32,000 nucleotides of DNA from contig NC_000962.3 of the NCBI RefSeq assembly GCF_000195955.2, positions 3,510,001-3,542,000 on the forward strand, given 5' to 3'. The notes below the pieces were generated by a model that searched no databases, was not told the origin of the DNA, and saw only the letters and a program-made list of their open reading frames with translations. Source of the DNA: Mycobacterium tuberculosis H37Rv (GTDB lineage Bacteria; Actinomycetota; Actinomycetes; Mycobacteriales; Mycobacteriaceae). The translations under genes were made by a program, and so were the position numbers. Positions 19,990 through 29,851 of this stretch are shown one piece after another; the stretch's first letter is position 1, and every line of letters begins with the position of its first letter.

Positions 19990-21138
19990 CTAGCTGGCAC
20001 CTGGGTGGTCGCCAACCAGCGCCATGGCGAGGTTCCGGTAGAACGCGAGCATGCCGGGCCATTCTTTCGAGCTAAGGTGACCCCGTTCGGCGAATCGCGA
20101 GCCCGCCCCAACCTGCACGGCCTCCAGTCCGAGCCGGTCCTCGTCATTGATCATCGCCATCACGAACTGCGACGTCTGAGCTGTTGCTGCCGCATCGGCG
20201 GCTAACTCGGGGGTGGTGAGCACGCCGCCGAGCACCTGCACCCGGTCGATGCTTTGCGGAATAAAGCCGAACCACACCACCCGCTCGCCCGCTATGGCCA
20301 GCGCGCTGTTCGGAAACGTCCACAACACGACCAGATTACTTTTCTGAACCTCGTTGAGCTGCAACGACTTCGCTTCTACTGGAACGGTGAAGGGAACCCT
20401 GAGGCGCAACGCCCACCGCGAATACTGCCGAACGTCCAGATCGCCCCCACCAGGAACGAACGGCTCCAGGGTTTGGCGATGCAGGCCGAGCACGTGGTAG
20501 TTCTCATGACCATTTTCCGCCGCCACCTTCCAATTAGCTCGCCACTCATGCGACCACGACTCGACCTGCACCATCTCACCGAGCCGATAGCCGGCGAATT
20601 CGTCGTCAGTCAGGTCCAGATGCGCCGCGATTGGTTCGGCATCGGCATCCAGGTTGATCCACACCAATCCATTCCAGGTGGCCACGGCGAACTGCGGAAG
20701 CCGGCACTCCCTACGGTTGAAGTCTAAGTTGGCGGCCATATGGGGCGCTCCGCGCAACCGGCCATCCAGCCCATAGCGCCACAGGTGGTATTGGCAGGTC
20801 AACGTGTCGATGCGCCCCGCACCGGGTTCCACCATCAGCATCAACCGGTGCCGGCAGATCGGCGAAAGAGCGTGCAGCTGCCCGTCGACGTCCCGCACCA
20901 CCATGACCGGCTCCCCTGCGACGGACACGGTGACGTAGTCACCGGTCTTGGCGACTTGGTCGACATGCGCGACAAGCATCCAGGACCGGTTGAAGATCCG
21001 TTCCCGCTCCAGCTGCCACAGCTCCGATGAGGTGTAGGCGGCCGGCGGCAGGCTTAGCGCCGGTGGATTGTCGTCGAGGTAATCCCCGATGTCGGTAAGG
21101 ATGTCTCCGAGCTCGGCTCGGTTATCAGTTGATAACAT
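19990..21138 (-). CDS. Rieske [2Fe-2S] non-heme iron oxygenase, alpha-subunit-like (Rv3161c)
   Basis: The Rieske motif is CRH-x17-CQYH (SPICRHRLMLMVEPGAGRIDTLTCQYHLW). A mononuclear iron region is NGHENYHVLGLH. ATG at 21138 gives 382 aa. In-frame alternatives are ATG 21147 and GTG 21183. Confidence 0.9.
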   Translation of the reverse strand: MLSTDNRAELGDILTDIGDYLDDNPPALSLPPAAYTSSELWQLERERIFNRSWMLVAHVDQVAKTGDYVTVSVAGEPVMVVRDVDGQLHALSPICRHRLMLMVEPGAGRIDTLTCQYHLWRYGLDGRLRGAPHMAANLDFNRRECRLPQFAVATWNGLVWINLDADAEPIAAHLDLTDDEFAGYRLGEMVQVESWSHEWRANWKVAAENGHENYHVLGLHRQTLEPFVPGGGDLDVRQYSRWALRLRVPFTVPVEAKSLQLNEVQKSNLVVLWTFPNSALAIAGERVVWFGFIPQSIDRVQVLGGVLTTPELAADAAATAQTSQFVMAMINDEDRLGLEAVQVGAGSRFAERGHLSSKEWPGMLAFYRNLAMALVGDHPGAS

Positions 21139-21163
21139 ACCCTCCATGTTATCGACTGATAAC
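21121..21163. promoter_or_regulatory. Two GTTATC-N4-GATAAC palindromes (candidate TetR operators)
   Basis: GTTATCAGTTGATAAC lies at 21121-21136 and GTTATCGACTGATAAC at 21148-21163, centres 27 bp apart. They bracket the Rv3161c start codon. Confidence 0.6.
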
Positions 21164-21173
21164 CGATTGTCAA
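21146..21173 (-). promoter_or_regulatory. Candidate sigma-A-type promoter of Rv3161c-Rv3160c (leaderless)
   Basis: Reading the minus strand: TTGACA (21173-21168), a 16-nt spacer, then TAACAT (21151-21146, TANNNT class). The ATG at 21138 begins 7 nt after the -10 hexamer. Confidence 0.45.
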
Positions 21174-21207
21174 CAGCGCGCACCGGCCCGACCGGCCAGC
21201 CGGCGGT

Positions 21208-21645
21208 TCACCTCGAGAACGGACGGGTGGCCAGCACGTAGGTAGCCAACACGGCCAACGGTGCCGCCAACGGCAGCCATGGCACTTGCAGCGGGAACGA
21301 CGTCGCAGCCAACCCAGCGAACGTGAAACCAACGGCGGCAACGGTCGTCGGCCAGCTCCCGGCGACAACACCGGCCCCGTATCGGCACACCAGGTAGACG
21401 GCGGCGCAAAACCCCGACAATGCGGCAAGCACATGCGTCGGGCCGGACACCACGATCATCACCACCGACAACACCACGGCAAGCGTTGCCGCCAGGCGAA
21501 ACACCGCCGCCACCCCTACCGCAATCACCGCGGCAAGCCCCACGACAACAGCCAGCCCGTGCGATCCCACAGCGGCCGACCCCACCATCATCAGTCCGAA
21601 CACCGTGGAGAGCCCACGAGTACCCGGGTGCGCAAACGAGGTCAT
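21208..21645 (-). CDS. Small integral membrane protein (Rv3162c), about 4 predicted TM helices
   Basis: 145 aa, almost entirely hydrophobic (Ala/Val/Gly/Leu-rich segments). Its ATG overlaps the stop of the upstream DUF58 gene (ATGA at 21642-21645). Confidence 0.8.
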   Translation of the reverse strand: MTSFAHPGTRGLSTVFGLMMVGSAAVGSHGLAVVVGLAAVIAVGVAAVFRLAATLAVVLSVVMIVVSGPTHVLAALSGFCAAVYLVCRYGAGVVAGSWPTTVAAVGFTFAGLAATSFPLQVPWLPLAAPLAVLATYVLATRPFSR

Positions 21646-22913
21646 GGCAGCCTCGCCCGGCTAGCTCTGCCCCGTCCGCGACGACGGCGATTGGGCAACG
21701 CACCCATCGACTGCTGAAGCGAGTGATCCGCCGGCCAGGACAGCACGTCGACCCCGATGGTGGCCATGTCGCGATACATCGCGGAGCGCTGCAGCGCCCA
21801 CATCCGGACCACCAGGGGATCCAGTTGGTCCTGGAGCGGACAGCTATCAAGAACGTCGACAGCAACCACGACGTGGCCGCGTTTACGCAGGTCGATCAAC
21901 GCCAGCGCGAACTCGGTATCCAGCAGCGTGGAAAACGCAATGACAACCGCTCCTGCGGGAACAGCTGCGCGCGGAGCCAGCGTCCCGGTGGTGTTTTCGA
22001 ACCCTTCCCCGGCGCCGAGCACGGTGTCGAGCACCCGATAGAACTGGCGCTGCCCGATGTCGGCGCCCAGCCATCGCGGCCGATTGCCGCCCAGCGCAAC
22101 GATCCCAGCACGGTCACCGTTTCGCAGCGCGGTTTGCACCACCTGAGCAGCACCCCGCACGACTCGTTCGGTGGCCTCGGTCGCCGGACCCGCCGGCTGT
22201 CGATACATGTCGATCAACACCACCACGTCAGCGGCCCGGTCGGTCAACCGCCTTGTCACGTGCAGTCGGCCACGGCGCGCGCTTACCACCCAGTTCACGG
22301 CACGTAGCTGGTCGCCCGGGACATATGGGCGAATGTCGGCGTATTCGACACCCGGCCCGACGTGCCGGGTGAGATGAGCTCCCAGGCGGTCGAGCAATTC
22401 GGTCTGCGGCAGTGGCGTCGACTGCGGCGGTGTCAGCGGAAACACGACGATTTCGGCGGCGTCGACGGTTCCGGCTCCCATCAACAACCCACCGCGTGCG
22501 ACGACGGCGACCCGGGCCCGGATAGGATAGCGCCCCCAGCGTTGCGCCACCGCGGAAACCGTTGTCGTCCGGCGTGACACGGATTCCAGAGCTTCGAACT
22601 GCATTCCCGCCAACGCCGATACCGTGAGTTCGACCGCGGCGTCCACGGATTCCGTTGTGACCCACACGGTCACTCGCACATGTTCGTTCTCGAAACATCG
22701 CTGCGAATCCGGGTCACCGTGCACCTGGATCACCGGGACCGGACGCTGCCAGCTGATCGAGCACAACACGCCGAGCAGCGGCGCCGCGAACGCAATCAGC
22801 TGCCAACGACCAGCGACGACCGCTGCGGCTAGCGCAACTCCGGCACAGGTGGCAATCGCCAGCGTCAGTTGTGATGCACGCCAGCGCAACTCGACTTCAC
22901 ACGTTTGGATCAC
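21642..22913 (-). CDS. DUF58 / vWA-like protein with two N-terminal TM helices (Rv3163c)
   Basis: 423 aa with a GTG start at 22913. The DUF58 signature is YADIRPYVPGDQLRAVNWVVSARRGRLHV, followed by a beta-strand DVVVLID. It sits next to a MoxR ATPase gene, the usual genomic pairing. Confidence 0.85.
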   Translation of the reverse strand: MIQTCEVELRWRASQLTLAIATCAGVALAAAVVAGRWQLIAFAAPLLGVLCSISWQRPVPVIQVHGDPDSQRCFENEHVRVTVWVTTESVDAAVELTVSALAGMQFEALESVSRRTTTVSAVAQRWGRYPIRARVAVVARGGLLMGAGTVDAAEIVVFPLTPPQSTPLPQTELLDRLGAHLTRHVGPGVEYADIRPYVPGDQLRAVNWVVSARRGRLHVTRRLTDRAADVVVLIDMYRQPAGPATEATERVVRGAAQVVQTALRNGDRAGIVALGGNRPRWLGADIGQRQFYRVLDTVLGAGEGFENTTGTLAPRAAVPAGAVVIAFSTLLDTEFALALIDLRKRGHVVVAVDVLDSCPLQDQLDPLVVRMWALQRSAMYRDMATIGVDVLSWPADHSLQQSMGALPNRRRRGRGRASRARLP

Positions 22914-22942
22914 ATCGCGCCGTAGTTCATCCAGCCAACCCG

Positions 22943-23905
22943 CTACGTTCCACTAATTCGGGGAACAGGCAGACGCCGCAACAGCTCTGAGACCACATCA
23001 GCGCCCGCAATCTTGCGCACCCACATCTCCGGGCGCAATGTGATCCGATGCGCGACGGCCGCGGTCGCAAGTTCCTTGACATCTTCGGGTATGACGTAGT
23101 CCCGGCCGAGCAACAGAGCGCGGGCACGGGAGAGCTGGACCAGGTCGAGTTCGGCTCGCGGGCTGGCGCCGACGGCCACCTGCGGATGGTGCCGGGTAGC
23201 GTTGGCCAACGACACCACATAGTGCAAGACGTCCTCGTGCACGGTGACCTGCTCGACCGATTCACGCATGGCCAACAGATCGTGGCAGTCCACCACCTGA
23301 TTCACCGTCGGATCCGCAGAACCGCGTTCCAGGCGACGGCGCAGCATCGAGGTCTCGTCTCGCTCGGAGAGGTAGCGCAGTTCCAACCGGATCGCGAACC
23401 GATCCAGTTGCGCCTCCGGCAGTGGATATGTGCCCTCGTATTCGATCGGATTGTCGGTCGCCAGAACGATGAATGGCATTGCCAGTTTATGGGTTTGGCC
23501 ATCGATGCTCACCTGGCCCTCGGCCATTGCCTCCAACAGTGCCGCTTGCGTCTTCGGCGGCGTCCGGTTGATCTCGTCGGCGAGCAACAGGTTGGTGAAA
23601 ATAGGCCCGGCCCGGAATTCGAAACGACCGGACTGCATGTCATAGATGGTCGAGCCGAGCAGATCGGCCGGCAGCAAATCAGGCGTGAATTGCACTCGGG
23701 TGAAATCGAGCCCCAACGCGGCGGCGAAGGATCGCGCGATCAGCGTCTTGCCGAGGCCGGGGAGATCTTCGATGAGCACGTGGCCACGGGCGAGCACGGC
23801 GGTGAGGATGAGTGTCAGTGCAGAGCGCTTCCCCACCACCACACGTTCGATTTCGTCGAGCACCGCCTCGCAGTGGGCGGTGGTCGTCGCGGCCGGCATA
23901 ATCAT
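22943..23905 (-). CDS. moxR3: MoxR-family AAA+ ATPase
   Basis: 320 aa. Walker A is EDLPGLGKTLIAR and Walker B is LLADEINRTPPKTQAALLEAM. Overall similarity to MoxR/RavA-type AAA_3 proteins. Confidence 0.95.
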   Translation of the reverse strand: MIMPAATTTAHCEAVLDEIERVVVGKRSALTLILTAVLARGHVLIEDLPGLGKTLIARSFAAALGLDFTRVQFTPDLLPADLLGSTIYDMQSGRFEFRAGPIFTNLLLADEINRTPPKTQAALLEAMAEGQVSIDGQTHKLAMPFIVLATDNPIEYEGTYPLPEAQLDRFAIRLELRYLSERDETSMLRRRLERGSADPTVNQVVDCHDLLAMRESVEQVTVHEDVLHYVVSLANATRHHPQVAVGASPRAELDLVQLSRARALLLGRDYVIPEDVKELATAAVAHRITLRPEMWVRKIAGADVVSELLRRLPVPRISGT

Positions 23906-23912
23906 CGTTGAG

Positions 23913-24395
23913 TCATACCTGTTCTAACTTCTGCAGAATTTCTTCCAGTGCCGCACGGCCGGGGCCTGGTTGACGGTCGCCGGTGTGCGTCACATTGTTC
24001 GGGTTGACCCATTCCCACAATTCGTCGCCGAAAAGCATTCGGCCGGTGGCAGCAAAGGCAACCGGGTCTTTGGCCTGTCTATGGCCGGTGGCGATTTCGA
24101 ACCGTCGTGCGAGCATCGGACGCAAATGCCGGTCCCAGTCGGCTCGAGTGGACTCCGACCACCGGATCGTCGTCTCGGTGTTGGAGAGCCACCGGCGCAA
24201 CCCCTCCCCCAGATCGTCGGAGTCCGGCGCAGCCGTGAGTTCGTCCCGGTTGCCCAGCATCCGGCGGACGTTGAGCAGCACCAGAGCCAGGGCGAGCCCC
24301 GACCCGGCGAGCACGAGCCGACGGTCGTGCAGTATCAGCGCCAGCAGCTCAATCCCCACGATGAGGAAAATCCCCAGGGCGATAAGCCTTTTCAT
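23913..24395 (-). CDS. Hypothetical membrane-anchored protein (Rv3165c)
   Basis: 160 aa with two N-terminal hydrophobic helices and a ~100-aa soluble domain. Its ATG overlaps the upstream gene's stop (ATGA at 24392-24395). Its stop lies 7 nt before moxR3. Confidence 0.75.
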   Translation of the reverse strand: MKRLIALGIFLIVGIELLALILHDRRLVLAGSGLALALVLLNVRRMLGNRDELTAAPDSDDLGEGLRRWLSNTETTIRWSESTRADWDRHLRPMLARRFEIATGHRQAKDPVAFAATGRMLFGDELWEWVNPNNVTHTGDRQPGPGRAALEEILQKLEQV

Positions 24396-25357
24396 ATAGC
24401 GGTCCGAGTGCTCAGTTCGTCAAGAACCAGTCGAAGCAAACGCATCGCCACCTCACGGTGCTCCTCGTTCATCACGTGCGGGCTAAAACGCGCCTCGGCG
24501 AACAGGCTCACCAACGCGGCGGCACTAGCACCATGGAGCGCACGGTGTTCGACGGCTCGGGCCAGCACCTCGGTCGGGGTGTCGAAGTCCTGAGGGGCAA
24601 CACCGGGAACATGCGACAGTTCACGCTCCATCGCCACGTAACACGCAATTATCGCCTCCCGTGGTTCGCGGCGGAGGTCGGCCATCTCGGCCAGTCCGAT
24701 CTCGGCGGCACGCGCCAGTGATTCCGAACGCGCCGAGGGCGCCGGAGACTCGATGCGATCGCCACTGATACGAGCCGGTGCCGACTTGCGCTGTCGTCGC
24801 GAGGTAATCAGCGACCCCGCGACGACCATCAAGAACAGGCCGATTGTGCTGGCAAAGAGAATGCCGAGCACGTCGTCATTGTTGTCTTGCGGCGGTTGCG
24901 GGCGCGACGGCGTGGTGCTGGAAGCATCCGGCGTAGCGGTTGAATCCGGTATGGGCGCAGCAGGACCGACATCATCGGGCACGAACAACCGTGCCAGCAG
25001 TATCGCAATCAGCAGCCAGGCCAGGATTGTCCCGAGTCCGAGCAACAGCACACGCCAGTTCGGACGCCCTGCTGCACCGCCAAGCATTGCCGAGAGCTCC
25101 CCCGCGCTGGGCGCCACCGGGAGCGGATGTCGCAACCGGGTGATGATGGCGAGCGCTATCAGCGCGAGCGTCGCGGCAAGTGCGGCGACAATGAACATCA
25201 GCGCCGCCCGGCTGCCGCCGGCCGCCGCGAGCGGTGCACCGTCGTCGGCCGGCAGGTGGCCGCGCAGGGCAGCGCCAGCAAGCATCAAGAGCACGATCAC
25301 GACGACGACGCGCCCTGTCGGTTTGTCACTACCGGGCTTAGTACCGGGCATACGCAC
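24392..25357 (-). CDS. Polytopic membrane protein with a DUF4129-like C-terminal domain (Rv3166c)
   Basis: 321 aa from GTG 25357 (319 aa from ATG 25351). It has about four hydrophobic helices and a Pro/Ser/Thr-rich linker. The C-terminal helical region (...EAIIACYVAMERELSHV...TPTEVLARAV...LFAEARFSPH...) matches my recollection of DUF4129. That domain call is not HMM-verified. Confidence 0.75.
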   Translation of the reverse strand: MRMPGTKPGSDKPTGRVVVVIVLLMLAGAALRGHLPADDGAPLAAAGGSRAALMFIVAALAATLALIALAIITRLRHPLPVAPSAGELSAMLGGAAGRPNWRVLLLGLGTILAWLLIAILLARLFVPDDVGPAAPIPDSTATPDASSTTPSRPQPPQDNNDDVLGILFASTIGLFLMVVAGSLITSRRQRKSAPARISGDRIESPAPSARSESLARAAEIGLAEMADLRREPREAIIACYVAMERELSHVPGVAPQDFDTPTEVLARAVEHRALHGASAAALVSLFAEARFSPHVMNEEHREVAMRLLRLVLDELSTRTAI

Positions 25358-25430
25358 ACCACTCGACCGGTTGCCTGCCGCCGTTGCGGCCTGGGGGTTG
25401 GTTCAACCTGGCTTGGTTCATACTGGCACG

Positions 25431-26057
25431 TCAGACGACACTGCCGCCAGGAGCGGCGCGGTGGACCCCTCGCACGACGATCGCGGTGGTTTGGTCCACC
25501 CACGCGTCGTCCAGCATGTCGTCCGGGTACAGCAGCATCCGCAGCATGGTGGCGCCCCCGATCAGCTCGATCAACCGGTCCGGGTCCACGTCGGGATGCG
25601 CCTCGCCGCGGTCGACGGCCTCGCGCAGGCGCATGCGCACCGCGGCGAATAAGTCGGCAAAACGCGCCAGCACCCGGGCGTTGAGTTCAGCGTCTGCGGT
25701 CATATCGGCTACCAGACCGGGTAACGCGGCCCGCACCACCGGGGTGGTGAACACATCGCGGGTGGCCGCGATCATCATTCGGATGTCGGCGGCGATATCA
25801 CCGGCCGCAGCCTGCAGCGCGGTGGGCGCGGCGGGAAACGCGGCCTCGTGCACTAGTTCGGCCTTGCTCGACCACCGCCGGTACAACGCCGATTTGGTGG
25901 TGCCGGCGCGTTCGGCGACCGCGGCCAAGCTGAGGTTCGAATACCCGATCTGCACAAGCAGTTCCGCCGTCGCCGACAGGATCGCCGAGTCGATGCGCGG
26001 ATCACGCGGCCGCCCGGCGCCGGGGGCCTTGTCAAGGGAGGGCAGGTCTGCTTTCAT
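25431..26057 (-). CDS. TetR-family transcriptional repressor (Rv3167c)
   Basis: The ATG at 26057 gives 208 aa. The helix-turn-helix is YSNLSLAAVAERAGTTKSALYRRWSSK. It is divergent from the kinase-like gene across a 44-bp gap. Confidence 0.9.
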   Translation of the reverse strand: MKADLPSLDKAPGAGRPRDPRIDSAILSATAELLVQIGYSNLSLAAVAERAGTTKSALYRRWSSKAELVHEAAFPAAPTALQAAAGDIAADIRMMIAATRDVFTTPVVRAALPGLVADMTADAELNARVLARFADLFAAVRMRLREAVDRGEAHPDVDPDRLIELIGGATMLRMLLYPDDMLDDAWVDQTTAIVVRGVHRAAPGGSVV

Positions 26058-26058
26058 A

Positions 26059-27237
<1,179 letters not shown>

Positions 27238-27238
<1 letters not shown>

Positions 27239-28362
27239 TGCCGCAAATGCTAGGCCCACTCGACGAGTACCCGCTACATCAGCTTCCCCAGCCGATCGCC
27301 TGGCCGGGCTCCTCCGACCGCAACTTCTACGACCGCTCCTACTTCAACGCCCACGACCGCACCGGGAACATCTTTCTGATCACCGGTATCGGCTACTACC
27401 CTAACCTGGGCGTGAAAGACGCGTTCGTGCTGATCAGGCGTGCGGACATACAGACCGCGGTGCATCTTTCGGATGCCATCGACTCCGACCGGCTACACCA
27501 GCACGTCAACGGTTACCGGGTGGAGGTCGTCGAGCCGCTGCGAAAACTGCGTATCGTGCTCGACGAAACCGAAGGTGTGGCGGCCGATCTCACCTGGGAG
27601 GGCCTGTTCGACGTCGTCCAGGAACAGCCGCACGTCTTGCGCTCCGGCAACCGGGTGACCCTGGATGCGCAGCGCTTCGCGCAGCTGGGCACCTGGAGCG
27701 GCCGCATCGTCGTCGACGGCGAACGGATCGCCGTCGATCCGGCGACCTGGCTCGGCAGCCGGGACCGGTCCTGGGGCATCCGGCCGGTGGGGGAACCAGA
27801 ACCGGCGGGCCGGCCCGCCGACCCACCCTTCGAGGGCATGTGGTGGCTGTATGTGCCGTTGGCCTTCGACGACTTCGCCGTCGTGCTGATCATCCAGGAA
27901 GAACCCGACGGGTTCCGCTCGCTCAACGACTGCACCCGGATCTGGCGTGACGGCCACGTCGAGCAGCTGGGCTGGCCGCGGGTGCGGATCCACTACCGCT
28001 CCGGCACCCGCATCCCGACCGGGGCGACGATCGAGGCAAGCACCCCCGACGGCGCGCCGGTGCACTTCGACGTGGAGTCCAAACTGGCGGTGCCGACCCA
28101 TGTCGGTGGCGGCTACGGGGGTGACTCGGACTGGTCACATGGCATGTGGAAGGGCGAGAAGTTCGTCGAGCGAAGAACCTACGACATGACCGATCCGACG
28201 ATCATCGCGCGGGCCGGCTTCGGCGTCATCGACCACGTCGGTCGCGCGCTATGCCGCGACGGCGACGGGAATCCAGTGCAGGGCTGGGGTCTGTTTGAAC
28301 ACGGGGCGCTGGGCCGCCACGACCCATCGGGGTTCGCCGACTGGTCTACGCTGGCGCCCTAG
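27238..28362 (+). CDS. Conserved hypothetical protein (Rv3169)
   Basis: 374 aa from ATG 27238, which shares one nucleotide with the Rv3168 stop (TAATG). I see no recognisable catalytic motif. The upstream part of the track ORF is an out-of-frame read of Rv3168. Confidence 0.8.
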
Positions 28363-28504
28363 GCGCTTCAGGCTTACTTCGGCACCGGTGAGGCTATCCG
28401 CATTCGCGAGTCCAGGGTTCCTGGGCGCCGGCCGGGAAACGGCCCGAAAACGACGGCAGCCGGAATAGCCGACCGGAACCGCCGAAATGCGGTTGACTAG
28501 AGCG

Positions 28505-29851
28505 GTGACAAACCCACCGTGGACTGTCGATGTTGTCGTGGTGGGCGCGGGCTTCGCCGGGCTGGCCGCGGCCCGCGAGCTGACGCGACAGGGTCACGAG
28601 GTGCTGGTGTTCGAAGGCCGCGATCGGGTGGGCGGCCGCTCGTTAACCGGTCGCGTGGCAGGGGTGCCCGCGGATATGGGCGGCTCGTTCATCGGCCCGA
28701 CCCAAGACGCCGTGCTGGCGTTGGCCACCGAGCTGGGGATCCCGACAACCCCGACCCACCGCGACGGCCGAAACGTCATCCAGTGGCGGGGATCGGCACG
28801 CAGCTATCGTGGCACCATCCCCAAGCTGTCGCTGACCGGGCTCATCGACATCGGCCGGTTGCGTTGGCAATTCGAGCGAATTGCCCGCGGCGTTCCGGTG
28901 GCCGCCCCCTGGGATGCGCGGCGCGCGCGTGAACTCGACGACGTGTCGCTCGGGGAGTGGTTGCGCTTGGTGCGCGCCACATCGTCCTCGCGGAACCTGA
29001 TGGCCATCATGACCCGGGTGACCTGGGGTTGTGAGCCCGACGATGTCTCGATGCTGCACGCCGCCCGCTACGTACGCGCGGCCGGCGGCCTGGACCGGCT
29101 GCTCGACGTCAAAAATGGTGCCCAGCAGGACCGTGTGCCGGGGGGGACACAGCAGATCGCCCAGGCGGCCGCCGCCCAACTCGGCGCACGCGTCCTGCTC
29201 AACGCCGCGGTGCGTCGCATCGACCGGCACGGAGCGGGTGTGACGGTCACGTCCGATCAGGGTCAGGCCGAGGCCGGGTTCGTCATCGTCGCCATTCCAC
29301 CGGCCCATCGCGTGGCCATCGAGTTCGATCCCCCGCTGCCGCCGGAATATCAGCAGCTCGCCCACCATTGGCCGCAGGGCCGGCTGAGCAAGGCCTACGC
29401 GGCCTATTCGACGCCGTTCTGGCGGGCCAGCGGGTATTCCGGCCAGGCGCTGTCCGATGAGGCGCCGGTGTTCATCACCTTCGACGTCAGTCCGCACGCC
29501 GACGGGCCAGGCATTCTGATGGGGTTCGTCGATGCTCGCGGGTTCGACTCGCTACCCATCGAAGAGCGCCGCCGCGATGCATTGCGCTGCTTTGCGTCGC
29601 TGTTCGGCGACGAAGCGCTCGACCCCCTTGATTATGTTGACTATCGTTGGGGTACAGAGGAATTCGCGCCGGGTGGTCCGACCGCGGCGGTACCGCCGGG
29701 GTCGTGGACGAAATACGGTCACTGGTTACGTGAGCCGGTCGGTCCGATTCACTGGGCGAGCACTGAGACCGCGGACGAATGGACCGGGTATTTCGACGGC
29801 GCCGTCAGATCCGGTCAGCGTGCCGCCGCCGAGGTCGCCGCCCTGCTATGA
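28505..29851 (+). CDS. aofH: Flavin-containing amine oxidase
   Basis: The dinucleotide-binding motif is [36 protein letters not shown], and the C-terminal FAD motif is [24 protein letters not shown] at 28505 gives 448 aa (my recollection of the annotation). The in-frame ATG at 28487 gives 454 aa. Confidence 0.88.

Noticed and set aside
28363-28504. Possible terminator or small RNA in the Rv3169-aofH gap (CACCGGTG palindrome, GCCG-N5-CGGC)
   Set aside because: It contains only 4-bp stems or a self-complementary octamer, with no U-tail and no promoter-like hexamers. The evidence is insufficient.
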